Shown here: positions 15,353 through 34,926 of the stretch, piece after piece
Layout of the letters: each line of letters begins with the position of its first letter
How positions within the stretch are numbered: position 1 is the first letter of the stretch
Source: the human T2T-CHM13v2.0 reference genome, Homo sapiens
NCBI RefSeq assembly: GCF_009914755.1
Contig: NC_060945.1
Length of the DNA stretch: 64,000 nucleotides
Strand: one strand, 5' to 3'
Made by a program: the position numbers and the translations under genes
Notes under the pieces: generated by a model
What the model was told of the DNA's origin: nothing
The model's input: only the letters and a program-made list of their open reading frames with translations
The model's database searches: none

Positions 15353-17292
15353 ATGGATGACCTTTGAAAACAAATCTCCTCCTGGCCCAGGCCCCAAAGC
15401 ATACACTCACAGTGGTGAGAATGATTGGGTGAGTCTTCCAGAAAAGCCTGTGATAGTTTGATATAAAGACATTTAGAATTAATTGGGTCAGGTATGAGAT
15501 TTCAGATTGCAGAAATCCTTGTGTAAGCAAAGGCCTTGCAGCTAAAGTAGTGCATGGCAGGTGTGGCTTAGCCTTTAGACATACACACAGTGGCCAGATT
15601 GTGCATTTGCTCTGAAGAGTACCAGGCCCTGTAGGTTACCTTTGCCTGCTCTCAGGACTTGCTAGATAATTTGCAGAACCCAGTGCAAAATGAAAATACA
15701 GAACCCCTTGTTCAGAAATTATTAAGAATGTCAAGATGGCGTCTGCAGAACATCAAGCCAAGTGCAAGCCTGTCTGAGCACGGGGCTCCCTGTAACTGCA
15801 CAGATCATGTGCCTGTGAAGCTGTCCCTGCCTGCTATGGACATGCTGGGAACTGGACATTGGGATTTTCCCCCCTTAAAACAATGAGTGCATTGAGTTAG
15901 AATGTTGAAAGGAACAGAGACGCTCTTGCAGTGTTCTGTAGAATCGAAAATATGGTTTCATATGTTTACTTTACCTTCATTTAAGTGTAGCCCTGATGCC
16001 TCTGCGAATATCTGCCATGGAAGAGCCTTTTAAAAACAAAGCTCTTGCTGGTCTCCAGTGCCCAAGAGTGGCCGCCAGTGGAAACAGACCTGGTGTTCTA
16101 AATCTCAGTTTTTGTTTCTTTCTTCTTCCAAGAAAGCTGTAGATGAGCATGTGCACTTCCAGGCCTAGAAGGGAACAGCTGCCTCTGGGTGGCTCGCCTC
16201 TTTGCACAAGGGGCTCAGCTCAGAGCTTCCCCTAAGCCTGGCAGGTCCCCCCGACACTTCTCTTGGGAATGAAGTGGACAAAGTGAGTGAATGAGCCTCA
16301 GCTTCTCCTGTCTTTTTATAGAGTCACCCGACAGGGAGAGATAAAGGAGGTGGTAGCAGCTTAGGCCCAGGAGCCCTCTCAGCAAATGGCCCAGAGTAGA
16401 AAATTCCCCACACTATGTTGCTGTTGGTCACCCGGTGAAAAGTCCCTGGCCCTGGCAGCCACTTGTCCTGCAAATGGTGCGAGTGAAGAATCCACAGATT
16501 AGCTGGAAGGAGGAACGTTTGAGTTTGAAAACGCCAAGAATCATTCCTGAACTGGCAAGGCTGGCCACCTGCGTTTTAAAAACACATTGGCACTAGCCTT
16601 GAAAACAGACTTTTAGACTTCTTACTCTGCGTAATGAAAGATCTTTTCTGATATATAGGCAACAGAATGATTTTTTTAAAAACAATAATGGACATATTCC
16701 ATTTTATTGATCTTTACCTAAAAACTAAAAACTAACTGGAAAACAGGAAATATTTAATAGTGACATTTTCATAGCACCAAAGGAAGAATCTACGTGTCTT
16801 CCTTTTTATAGATTTTTCTGTAGATGTCTTAAGAAGCATTGAACCCTTTATACAGATGGGTAAATAAAACACAGTAAGCTTGAGATATGCAAATCAGATT
16901 GGAGCCAGATAAGGATGGGGGCTGGCGCTGGCTTCAATTCTGACTAATCTTGGGCAAGCTGCTCAGCCTATTACTCACTGTCTACACAGGAATGACTGTC
17001 TACATAGGAATAGCTCCTCTGCAGAGACATCTAGAAGATGCTGAGATAATATATGTAAAAACTGACAAGCCCTTTGGGACAGATACCAGCAAATGCAAGG
17101 CGTATGCTATGGAAGTTTTATCATCCTAACAGATAAGCCCGTCCCCAACTCCAGTGAGTGACTGAGAGACACGGGCATGAACGCTGAGCTCAGATGACAG
17201 CATCTTTTCACAGCAGACCTGGGCCCAGCCCCTGGAAGCACACGATGATGAACTGTCCTCTGGTTTCCCAAGACTTCAAAAATGAAACCCAG

Positions 17293-17421
17293 TGATCAAG
17301 AGATGTTTGGCTTTGAACACTGCGGGAATTAAAGCCAGCACCCAGTTAAAGCCAGTGAGGACAGCACTCCAAGGTTTGGGGACGGTCTCAGGACACTAAT
17401 CCTGGTTCCTTTTCTATTTTG
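17293..17421 (+). repeat. Copy 1 of diverged local direct repeat (partner 19128-19267)
   Basis: Shared blocks aagagatgtttgg, aaagccagcaccc, ctccaaggtttggggac, gttccttttc in the same order. Confidence 0.8.
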
Positions 17422-18095
17422 CCTGGGTCCCTCCTGCCCATCCTGGGAAGCCGTGGCAGCTGTTGGGGATGTGGGGCCCCAGGTAACTGAAGGATTAACT
17501 CACGTCTCAAATTGCATGGCATTTCTCCTCTTCAGCACCATTTTTTACCCTCATTGAGAGAGATCTATCACTTCCCCCCCTCTCCTGCCATGCCAATATG
17601 TGTCTGTGTTGGAGGGCAGGGGTGTATTTAGGGAGCAGGAGAATGTTCCCAAGTCTGGAAACTCGGAACAGTCTGCCTGGCCCTCTTTGCAGAAAAACGA
17701 GGGAGTCCCAGCAGACAGAAGGGGGCAGTGGCGCTGAGCTCCCCGAGCTGAGCTGTGGCCTCAAAACACTGAACAGATTCAGTCCTTCCTCCCAAACAGG
17801 CCTGGTAAGCGATGAAAAGAGTTCTGCCCAAACACTCAGGAACTGGATTATTGTCGTTCCTGGCTCATTAGGAGCCTGGCTGCCCTCATGCCAGCTGCGT
17901 GGGGTCCTCTGGAGGCCACCCAGACCAGCCTGCAGCTTCCTTTCCTGTAGGGGCCAGCACGGTCCCTTCCTCTGGAGAACGCTCGGACCCCTGGCTGCAT
18001 GCACATCTAACCGGCAGGGCCTAAGGGCTTCCAAAACAGATGACTGTCAACCCCAGCCCGCCCACCCCACATCCACAGCTTCACCCCAAACTCAC

Positions 18096-18690
18096 ATGCA
18101 GAAAACCTCGAGTCTCATCTTCCTGTTCAGGTCCCTTGCCAGCCGGAGCCGCTCTGGAGCCTGGCTGGACTCCAGCTCCCATGTGCAAGAGGACTCAGCC
18201 GGGACGCTGCCACCCTCCTGCCTTCCCTCTTCTGCCAACCAGACGCTTCCAGGACGGAGTATTTGAGAGAAAATTGTCTAGACAATTACAGTGTTCCTTA
18301 GAATGGCCTGCGTGGGCACACGTGCCACTTGGTTAGCTAGCATGAGAGGAGGTGGCTTGGCCAGAGCAGACATTCAAGACCAACCAGAAATGTCATTTCT
18401 GCACTGTGGAAAAAAAATGCACGATACACCTGAACCTGGGCATCTCCTTCCTAACACGCGCTCAGGATCAAGCCTCCCCTTCCCAGCCTGGCAGGGTTGC
18501 AGGGCGTCCATAGTCCAGCCTACGCCTGCCCAGGCTCTCGGCTCCGGGTCCATTGGCTGTTCACACTCACTTCCCTGTGTCCTGGAACTGCCTGATTGTT
18601 GTAGATTACTAAAAATCCACAGCTCATTCCCTCCTGCGCCCTGACCACCTGCCCACAGCGACTGTGTCCTCCTCTGAGCCACCACCTGGC
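18096..18690 (-). other. CLDN14: CLDN14 non-coding 5' exon region (donor GCAT|GTGAGT at 18096); 5' end approximate; optional internal intron 18404-18570
   Basis: Consensus donor in repeat-free GC-rich sequence; internal donor GGAA|GTGAGT (18571) and acceptor ttttttttccacag (18404-18405). Position fits my recall of the main CLDN14 leader ~18 kb upstream of the CDS. Confidence 0.7.
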
Positions 18691-19127
18691 GGTTGTCCTC
18701 ACACTGCTTTGGACTTTTCTGCTATTGAGTAACTCAGCTTCTCAGCCTTTAGGCTGCTATGGGCCCTAGATGCATGCTGGTCGATTCTGATCAACGAGCA
18801 ACTGCTTTTGTTTGTTTGCTTTTTTCTACAGCTGCAGCTGTGGGTGATTCGGATGGTCTGTTGGTGGAATGTGGAGCTGGACGGGTCAAGGAGCACAGTG
18901 TGGAAAGAGGGACAATTTGCTACAAGTTGGAGATAAGAGACATGGCATACTGTGAAACCAGTGCTGACGGAAGAAGGTGACTTTCTTGGAAGGTCAAGAC
19001 ACTTGCTTGACAGCGATGTCCAGGAGGGCTAGGGAGAGTTCTGCTGGAAGTGAAGGCAGCACCTGAGGGTGGCTGAGGGAACTGGTCAGGGCTGGGAACG
19101 CCTCCAGCCCTTTGAGGAATGATTCGC

Positions 19128-19267
19128 TGATTAAGAGATGTTTGGCCTTGAAAATTGCAAGAATGAAATCTCTTGGTGGGAATGTGTAGCCAAAAGCCAG
19201 CACCCTGAGTGGCTCCAAGGTTTGGGGACCCTCTCAAGGCACAAATCCCAGTTCCTTTTCAATTTTG
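19128..19267 (+). repeat. Copy 2 of diverged local direct repeat
   Basis: See 17293-17421. Confidence 0.8.
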
Positions 19268-20926
19268 AAAATCGTTGTGGGCGATTCTGGAATTGAGAAG
19301 TGTGCTGAGAGCCATGGATTTAACATGACAAGAATTTCCGCCCCTTCGTCACTGAGCACACCGCAAATGCTCCAGGGCCAGGGACTTACTTGGGCTTCTG
19401 CGTGTCTTCCACAGTGTGCATCAATCCGCCGGGCTCTGGTTGGTGTTTAAAAAAAAAGATGCAGCGAAGGAATCTGGTGTGGACAAACGCCCTGGGCATG
19501 GACCAAAAGCCTGGCCCTTGTGTCCCTGGCAATGGGACGGTGAAGGACAGAAAGACAGCACATCCAGTAGTGTCAGGAGCTTGGAGCAGGCATTCGGAAG
19601 CATCTGTTAAATGTTATTGATGGAGGATTGACATAACCCACATCTGCATAGCTTTTTTGGTCTGTTTTTGGAAGTGAACAGTCACAAACAAAAACAACTT
19701 TGGTTCAGGTCATTTATAGGCCCAGATCCTCTATCCTTAGAGGTTTCCCACCAGATATACTATTTCACTATCTATGCCAGGAAAGTTACGTAAAACCACG
19801 CAGAATTTTACCTGACAACGAAATAGACCTTTTCGTTAGATCCTCCACCCCACCTAAAGCAGTTACACAGGCTGAAATGAAACTGTTAAAGGAATGAACT
19901 AACTTGGAGATAGAATCATCGCCTTTGCTGAACACCATTTTAAGAATATTGGAATATATAGGGGTACCAGCATAATAGTAAAATGTGCCCATATTATCTA
20001 TAATTTTATGCTGGGCACTTTTTAGAAATTATTTTTTATAACTTTGTCTTTGAGATGATTTGGCTACAAGTTCATTACATTTAGTTTACAACTGGCTTTG
20101 ATTTCTTGGCATTCGTTGTGTATTATTAGGAAACCCCGCAGAGAGAAAATGTAAACTCCAAATTGCTTTAAAATATTATGATAGTTTTTAGGGATATTAC
20201 ACTGTGACAGTGAATGAAATGGACGTAACGTTCTGTTTTGTAGATATTTTGTGAAATCTTTATTAGTCTTGATTTTCTTTGGAACAAGTCATTCCTGTTC
20301 TGGGCTGAAGCCTGAAAATTCCCTGACCTGTGACCCTGGCCCAAGGCTCCTCTTGGATAAAACAGTGTTTCCTGGACCAGAGGGCAAAGTCACAGAAACA
20401 TGATGTGACGAAATCTAAATAGAAAGGTATTGATTTGTTCTTCGTTCATCAAATAGTTATTGGACTCCAGCACGTATGAGTAGCAGGGAGCCTGGCTAGC
20501 ACTACACCTTCCCCTCCTGCCTCTCAGGGTCAGGGCCACAGGCACACACAGAGCGAGGGAAAATGAGGGGGTAGAGAGGCTGGTCCCGAGTCTCCAGCCC
20601 TTCTCTCCCAATCCTCTCCCTGAGTGGGCAGGGAACTCTTCTCTTGGCTCCTCCAACTTCCATCAACGTCTGCCCTTGGGTCTGGTTTTAAACTCTAAGG
20701 TGTAAATGACTCATAATGGCTCAACATTTTGTCCCTCCCAAGAGGTATTTTTAAGTCTAAGGAATAAAGATTTAATAGTAAAACTTCGAATGCCAATCAG
20801 GGGTAAGTGAGGATTTGGAAGAGGAAGGTCTTGAGCATTTTCCTAACACTGCTAAAATCATCCCATTGAGTTAGGGCAGCAACTATCCTGATGGGCTGGG
20901 TATGATGGAAGTTAGTCAATGTTTCA

Positions 20927-21063
20927 ATAGATGGATGGATGGATGGATGGATGGATGGATGGATAGACTGACGGATGGATGGATGGATGGATGGATGGAT
21001 GGATGGATAGACGGATGGATGGATGGATGGATGGATGGATGGATGGATGGATAGATGGATGGA
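20927..21063. repeat. (GGAT)n microsatellite, interrupted
   Basis: Direct reading. Confidence 0.97.
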
Positions 21064-22982
21064 TACATAGATCACCTTTATTCTGATCTCAACTGGTCTT
21101 TGAAGCTTGATTCATTTTTTGATTTCTCACGGAGCCAGACTAGGGTCTGACACATTAGGAAGCTGGCAAAAGTTTGTTGACTAAACAAATTAATGAAGGG
21201 AAAATTATGTATGCAGAGATGCCTGGGGTTTGGGTTACCGTTTTGGGTCCCCTTTGATTTGAGCGACACACATGCTGACAACTTGAGTCTGAAGTTAGTG
21301 GATCCTTAGCTAACTTGCTAGAGTAAAGGTTGTGGTAAAACTTGACCTTGCTCTATTCATCAACAGCATATCCTGTGAAAGTCACGACGCTTCCATGAAA
21401 ACCTTGGTGCTAGGCCTGTGATATCTTTGCAGAGGTCTGACCTAAGGAGACTGCTTGTGTCAATAGTAACAACAATCACAATTGTCCTGAACACAAAGGC
21501 AGCATTCTTTGTGTGCTAGCTGTGGTTTTAAGCATATTACGTCTATTTACTAATTTAATCCTGAAACAGCCTTTGCTTTAGGTACTCCTATTAACCTCAT
21601 TTTATGGATGGGAAAATAGACTGTGAGAAGTGAAGTCACCCGCCCAAGGTCATACACCTGTAAGTGGTGGAGGCAGGGTTTGAACCGAGCACACTGGCCT
21701 CACTTCGTGGGCTCCTACCACTACGCTGCCTCATGTTACTACCCTGTATCCACCTCCAGAATGAGTTGGCAGCTGCAAGTTCTCCCCAAGGCCCCACTGC
21801 AGCCCTTGCATCTCAGCATCAGCTCCTTGCACGGCCAGGTGGTGTTGTTTCTGACTCGGGGTCTGCATCTCTCTCTGCGCCGCTGGGTTCAGGAGGCCCT
21901 GAGGAGCGAGCCCGGTCCAGTGCTAGCTTCGCAGCTCACAGCCCTTGGGCAAATGTTACAACTGGAGGGCTGCACAAATGCATCATGTGGTTTCAAACCA
22001 TGCGTCTCTCTGAGCAGGAATTGCTGGAATGGGCCTCAGAAAGTTCCTGACCCTTTGTCTGGGGTCACAGGGTCTGTGTCCAGTGAGGCCTAGAGGCCAC
22101 GTGAGGTCCAGAGAGAGAAGCACAAGGCAGCTGCTGAGGCCTCATAGGAACCATGCGGTGAAGGAACCAGGGTTTCTTCTTTCTCCATGGCAACTAGGAG
22201 TGCAGGTCAGCCTCGGAAAAGGATCCTCCATCTTTGGTTAAAAGAACGGTGAGCCCAGGTTTGGTAATGATGTAGCTGTGTGAGTTGATGGATGCAAAGT
22301 GCCCGGCGTGGTGCCTTATCCATCGTAGGTATTGCCGAAGGAGAGCTTTTGTCACCCCTTCCTGGAGAGGGGTGTTGTGGTTTGTGGGTTGAGACCTTTT
22401 GGATTCCTGGCATTGACAATGGCACTATTTGGGGTGGGGACCTTCTTGTTGGAGGAGTCTCCTTCCCTCCCTGCTGGTGATATAGGCAGGAAAAGAAGCC
22501 AAGAACTAGGCCAATTGCAATAAAGAAAGAAAGAAGCACCTTCTGAGCCTCTCTTGCCCTGTAAGGAGCCAAGGGGGACAGGGCCAGATACGGACCCACT
22601 GCAGGGATGGGCAGTCTCCGCCCTTCACTGAGGAGGATGCAGGACTTATGGCCCCACTGGGCGGCAGGGACACAGGAACCTAGACTGTCCATGCTCAGAC
22701 ACGGTCTGGATTTAGAACCGTAGGCCTTGGGGCCGTTTTCAAAAAATAGACCCTTTCCTTAGGAAAATCCCACAAAACTGCCCCAAAGACGAGTGAGGTA
22801 GGAAGAGCATGAGGCTCGGATTCTATTTACGCATGCATGTCCATTAGATTCTGGATTCAAAAGCCCCATGTTCTTGGGTTTAAGATTGTACTTTCTGACG
22901 TGAACAGTGAATTGCAAATTCAGACTTAAGAGATGGTTACTTTTCCACCAAGAGAACAGCCCCGAAACTTGGCCAGAGCATT

Positions 22983-23752
<770 letters not shown>

Positions 23753-23807
23753 CCATATGTGTTCTTTACAGTTGCCACTATTTCTATGACTTGGAGTGAG
23801 ACTGTGA

Positions 23808-24109
23808 TTTTGTTTTTCTTTTTTTTTTGATGGCGTCTTAGTCTGTCACCTAGTCTGGAGTGCAGTGGCGTGATTTTTGGCTCACTGCACTCTTTGCCTC
23901 CCAGGTTCAAGCGATTCTCTTGCCTCAGCCTCCCAAGTAGCTGGGATTACAGGCATGCACCACCATGTCTGGCTAATTTTTGTATTTTTAGTAGAGACAG
24001 GGTTTCACCATGTTGGCCAGGCAGGTCTTGAACTCCTGATCTCAAGTGATCCACCCGCCTCAGCATCCCAAAGTGTTGATATTACAGGCGTGAGCCACTG
24101 TGCCTGGCC
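23808..24109 (-). mobile_element. AluS
   Basis: Reverse Alu consensus. Confidence 0.92.
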
Positions 24110-24454
24110 AAGGCTCTGATTTTCGTTAGGATCAGACGGATCACTTCTGTCACCAGCGATACCTGAGTACAGGTTAATCAATACAGCAAGATGTTGCACT
24201 AGTGATCGCAGCAGTCAAGTTCATTTCCAAATACAGAGCGAAAGCAAGGTGCCTTCCCAATCCTCTGCTCTGTCCTGTTTTCTGTCTCGGGACACCCTGT
24301 CATCCTCAGACAAGTGACAATGAAGAGACAGTAAAGGCAAACCAAGTCACTGTCCAAAAATTGCACCACCTACCTTGGAGAGCCTCTCATTTCCCATCAG
24401 ATATGAATGAAAGATCAGATATAAACCTGATGGGAAATGAGAGGTTCCATTTCC

Positions 24455-26033
<1,579 letters not shown>

Positions 26034-26566
26034 ATTTCTTGAAATAATCCTTCATGTATAACTTAGGTTAATAGTGCCTCATAGTCTACTTAGAAAGAAT
26101 CAGATAGAATTTTCTTTAGTAAGGAAATTTCCAAATAGAGAATAGAAAAGTTAATTGATGGCAATGTATTTAATAGCGAGGATCAGTGAGGAAATGAATT
26201 AAAGAGGTTCCTTTTACACTTTTCTTCTCTGAAGCTAGGTACACCTTAGTTCATGTTGCAGCTTCTTTGGTGCTGTCAGATCATAGTTGGTATGAAATGG
26301 GAAGTTTCTGAAAGTCAGATGACACATTTGTGAAATGCAACCTCACTGTTATCTACCCGGCACCCATCATTTAGCTGACAACAATCTCAGCAACAGGCAT
26401 TTCAATGTGGTCCTGCGTTTGCTAATTGCTGGTGTGTACTCAGGACACCGGAAGATTTAACCTTTTGGATGAGACAGATACCAGTAACTTCCCAGCTGAG
26501 CTTCCCAGGAATGAACTGATGAGAAGTGACATCCAAAAAACTGTCTCTTAAAATATAAAGAGATCA

Positions 26567-27448
<882 letters not shown>

Positions 27449-27451
27449 AGA

Positions 27452-27795
<344 letters not shown>

Positions 27796-28769
27796 GGCGG
27801 GAGAGAGAGAGAGAGAACATCCAAAACTGATATTAGCCATTCTGAATTGGACTGTCCCATCAAATGTGGTCTTGCAGCTGTCCACTTGTTTAGGAGTAAG
27901 GAGTTTTATTGGAATGAATGTTCTCAGATATTAATCAACACAGTACCTCCCTCCCTTCTCAGTTCCAGCTGATGCTGAGACACCAATGGCAAATCTTGAT
28001 CCATGCCCACCCCAGGAGGATGAGCGACAGTCAGGATTTTGGGCCACAACACATGCAGCTTCCTGCAGTGTCCTCTTCTCCAGGGTGTGCTGTGGGAAGG
28101 CCTCACCAGCTTGGGCAGGGGCTCAGCTCTCACGGGATGAGGCAGCTGAGTAGCTGACGGCAGGGCCTGGTGGGGGGCCGGGGACGACGGCAGAGTCATC
28201 CACTGCCACTCTGGACAAAGGCCAAACCTGTCCTGGATGCCACCTAGTTGCTGCCCTCTTAACCTGACCCTCTGGCCTGCCTCAGACCTTATAATTTCCT
28301 AAGCACGTCTGCATAGACTGTTATTTAGTCTTGCCAATGACCGCGAGGGAGCTGTTATCACTGCCAGGCATCATGTCCAGTCCTCACGGCTGGCCATAAG
28401 AAGATCCGGGCCTCACCTGGGCCTCCCATCCAAGCCCCAAGTTCTTTCCTCCCCCAGTAGCCAGCCAGAGCCACCAACCCTCCCTCAAGCCATGAGAGGA
28501 AGCAGCTGTGATGAGCACTGAGCCCTCAACCAGGAGCCGTTGAATGAACAGGTGTGAATCTCAAACACAATTTTCTGCAAGGTCTTCTCCACTCCCAGGC
28601 CCAGCTGTATCTCTTACGGCTGAGGGATCAGGATGACTTTGCTGCGGCCTCGCTGGAAGCATCTCTCTAGATTGCCACGGACCAGGCAGTCTAGAGATGA
28701 GGAAGTCAGAGGCTCCACAGACACTCAGATATCATCAGATCCCCTCCCAAAGGGAGAAGAATGCTCTGT

Positions 28770-29381
<612 letters not shown>

Positions 29382-29541
29382 CTTTCTCTGACTGTTCAGT
29401 TTGATACACGTGGAACCAGGTTTGCTTGCACCCTCCTCACCGCTTCTGCTTTCTGCTCCTCCCAAACACATGAACATATTCAGATATGCATCAACGTGCA
29501 CATATGCCAACACGTGTGGGCACACACATGCAAATGCACAG

Positions 29542-29567
29542 ACACACACACACACACACACACACAC
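29542..29567. repeat. (CA)n microsatellite
   Basis: Direct reading. Confidence 0.95.
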
Positions 29568-30495
29568 CCCTGGACACACACACATTGTTTTCTCAAAATG
29601 ACTTTTGGCAGCAGCAAAGCCAAACCTTTCCAAAGGCCGAAGAAAGGCCTTCATTTGCATCACGTTAACTTGGGGGGCTGCATCTCCTCCCCTGTTTTTA
29701 GTACAAAACATGAGTCAACGGTTCAACCCTCACCCCAGCAAACTAATTAGGGTCAATGTGATTAAAGGGCTCAGCTCTGGTGCAGGAACTAGGATCCCCA
29801 GATATCCTGAAGAACTTCACTCACAGTCTCTTTCCTAAGGTTTGTGCCCTAAAACAAGGCACTGACTCACTGTGTTCAGCTCTTAATAACCTCAAGAACC
29901 TCCCTTCCCAGCTGGGCGCCTCTTCCATAAAGGGGTTACCAGAAAACAAGAAGCAACACACAAAGCTTTCAAAAGCGAAACGGCGAGGAATGTAGTGCGT
30001 GTCAGCGAGTCAACGAAAATAAGAAAGGGACCTGATGTCAAGCTTGACACGATCATTTTAATTTCCGCGTACTTTTTGGGTCTTTTCATGTTGGCTTCAT
30101 GGAAATTTATGTTTGCTGAGAAGACTGTATTTGCTACAGGATCTCGCTGTGTTCATTTAGCCTGGTAATAAAAACCATCTGCCTGAAATCCTTTTTGGAA
30201 CAAGGAGGGGTATAAGCAAATAAGCAAATGGTCATAAAAGATCTGGAGAAGGGTGGGGCTGTGTCAGGAAAGTGGGGAGCCTGGAGTACATGCCTCGGGA
30301 GTGGCGACTGTAGGAGGCCGGGGACTACTGAAGGTCATGTGTGAGGCTGTACAGCTTTCCCAGTAAATATGGTGCATGTTGGGAGGACAGGTGCATGTGG
30401 ACAGGCCGCCTCTCTTCCCAAGCACCCGCTCTGGGCTGGGGTCTCACCACTGGAGTAAGAACAGTATCATGATGCATTAAGTGAGGAGTCCTTGA

Positions 30496-31190
<695 letters not shown>

Positions 31191-32740
31191 TCTGAGTCCC
31201 CCTCTCTGCCTGGGAGCTCTGAGCCACTGTGTCTTTGTGGGGAGAGACGAGTCAGACAAGATCGCAAAGAAGCATCTCAAACTCTTGGCCTTTAAATCAG
31301 GCATTGAAGACCATGAGCAGGACAGAACCAACCCTGAGAGGATACTGTTGAGCACGTGTTTTGTTTACCGGTTTGTTTTTCTGCCCGCCCCCGGGGAGGA
31401 GGTCAAGCCTCCTGGACTCAAGGAAATAAAAGGGCAGCCTCCTGGAGAGCAGCTGTGAGGGGCTGTGAGAGGGGCCTTCGTCCTGTCCTGGTCTCTGGGT
31501 CCACCCCACAGTTGGGGGTGTCACCACAGGAGTCCTGAGCTGGGGTCTGTGAGTAGAGAGGGCTGCTCTTCTGCCTTCCCCGGGAGGCAGGGCACGGAGG
31601 AGAAATGGCAAGACACATTAAGCTTTCTTAATGTGGGTTCTAGTAACATAGGTTTTTATGTTCTCAGCAAGACAGGGTTCTTGTAAGCCAGGCATTGGTA
31701 AGAGATAATCTTCAAGGTTCCTTTAGCTCTGATTACCATATAAAGACCTGGGCCTGCAGGTCTGATCTTTGAGGTTCTTATAATCCAGAAAACTCAGGAC
31801 ACTGCATGCCAGTGTCAGCTTCAAGGAGCAAGGGAAGCTCAGTTCTTCCAGTCCTGGGGCACGAGGAGGAGGAGGGAGGGCGAGGAAGGGAAGCCTAGCG
31901 GCCGCACACTTGTCATAGTCTCTCTCACAGCTAACATTGTGGAGCGGGAGCCTCTGCAAAATGGGCTTTTTTTCTGCCCCCTGCTTGGAATCATTGGAGG
32001 AGGCCCCATTTCAGAATGGGAGTGTGGGTGGGTACTGAAGGAACACACGTGGCTGGAGGAAGGTGGGATGGATGAGCACACGCTGGGATTCCTCACAGCC
32101 TTCATCTCCTCCATGGTGTGGAGGGGACCCAGGATCCTCATGTGTTCCCAAAGCAGGTATAGAGTGGTTGGGCACCAAGTCCTGGCTGGGAGCCAGTGGA
32201 TGCCAAGAGCCCACTTTTGCCAGGATGGGTTGGGAATCCCACTAGATCTTGGGGGGATCACCATGGTGGACTTGCTCACACGTGAGAGCCCCCAAGAGCA
32301 GGACCTCAGGATCTTCTGCGGGGACATCAACTGGATTCGCAAAGAGCCCACCCGTGCTGGGTGGACACCTGCTGGGCAGCAGAGGCTGATGTCGGACTAG
32401 CCTCTGGCACAGACCGGGAGACCATCTTCTCTCCCAGCGGGGGACTGTGAGATTTCCTGCACACTGGTCGCCATGTAGGATATGACGCCAGGGAAGAGAG
32501 AAACAGGACTGACGAGAGTGGTATCTACAAACAAATATTTATCTAATAAGGCCCATTTCAATCAAAGAAGCTTGTTTCAAACAGACAGGGCTGAGAGGAT
32601 ATTCCTAACAAATTAAAGTCCCCTGGGCTGGCCGTGGGAGAGGGTCTCACGAGGAGGAGAACTAAAGAAGCTCTGTGGTCCCTGCACACTGGCATGTTCG
32701 AGAGAATCTGAACTGTTACTGCCTTGGCATGAAAAGATGA

Positions 32741-33131
32741 TTGTTAGGGGCTGAACTGTGTCCCCTCCCAAATTTATATGTTGAAGTCCTGGCCCCCAGT
32801 GCCTTAGAATGTGGCTGTACTTGGAGATGGAGTGTACAAAGAGGCGATTCAGTTAAAATGAGTTCGTACGGGTGGGCCCTGACCCAATCTGACTGGTGTC
32901 CTCCCAGGAAGGGGAGACGAGTTCACAGGCACATGCAGGGGGATGACCCTGGGATGGCACAGGGACAAGACAGCATCTATAAGCCAGGGAGGGGGCCTCA
33001 GGAGAAACCCACCCTGTGGGTGCCTTGATCTCGGACTTCCAGCCTCCAGAACTGTGAGACAATAAATGCCTGTTGTTTAAGCCGCCCTGTCTGTGGAGCT
33101 TTGTTACAACATTCTTGGCAGATGAATACAA
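32741..33131 (+). mobile_element. MLT1A-like LTR
   Basis: tgttagggggctgaactgtgtccc...ggacttccagcctccagaactgtgagacaataaat. Confidence 0.82.
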
Positions 33132-33301
33132 TGATTCTGCTCAACGACCACAGGTCTTCCTGTGCATCCCCGTAGACATCTGTATCCAGACGAGGACCAC
33201 ACAGGAGGCCTGGATGTTCCCAAACTTCCCTCAGATGCCTGCTGTTACCTGAGTTCCCTGGGTGGAGGAACAAATCCCCACACACAGAAAGGGGAACCAG
33301 A

Positions 33302-33669
<368 letters not shown>

Positions 33670-33952
33670 TCAAGTTTAAGAACTCCATTATGGGGTGGGA
33701 TGAAGGCTTGGGACAGAAATCATATTCAGTTATGGAAAAGGGAATCTGAAATTTTTTGCTACCCATTTGAGTTTTGAAGTCTCAGGAAATCACACTGACT
33801 TCATCAAAAAAGCAGGTGCTGCCATGCACATTCGATCAATGCAGATGCTGATGTTTACAATGAGCAGTTGCAGCTTCCCTCCTGACAGCCTGGAGCTTGG
33901 GGCTAGAGCCCCTGGCCCACAGGCTAAGAAGCAAGGGTGATTTTACAACCCA

Positions 33953-34713
<761 letters not shown>

Positions 34714-34926
34714 GTCAGGGTTTCTAGAGCCTGTGCTCTATCTGAAATGATTTAGAAGCCTTTCTTCTAGGGACGAATCCCTCCAAATTTAGAACCAGGC
34801 AGGAGATTTAGGCACAAGAGCATCCCCTGCTCCCCCTTCCTAGTCTAAATCAGATGACATGGACCCCTGAGAGCGAATGCTTGCAAATCACTCAGGATAC
34901 CCGCCCAGCCAATGGAGAAGAAAGCA

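Noticed and set aside
17507-18266. 222-aa (+) and 175-aa (-) ORFs near the leader exon
   Set aside because: No domain-like composition or recognisable homology; expected by chance in GC-rich DNA
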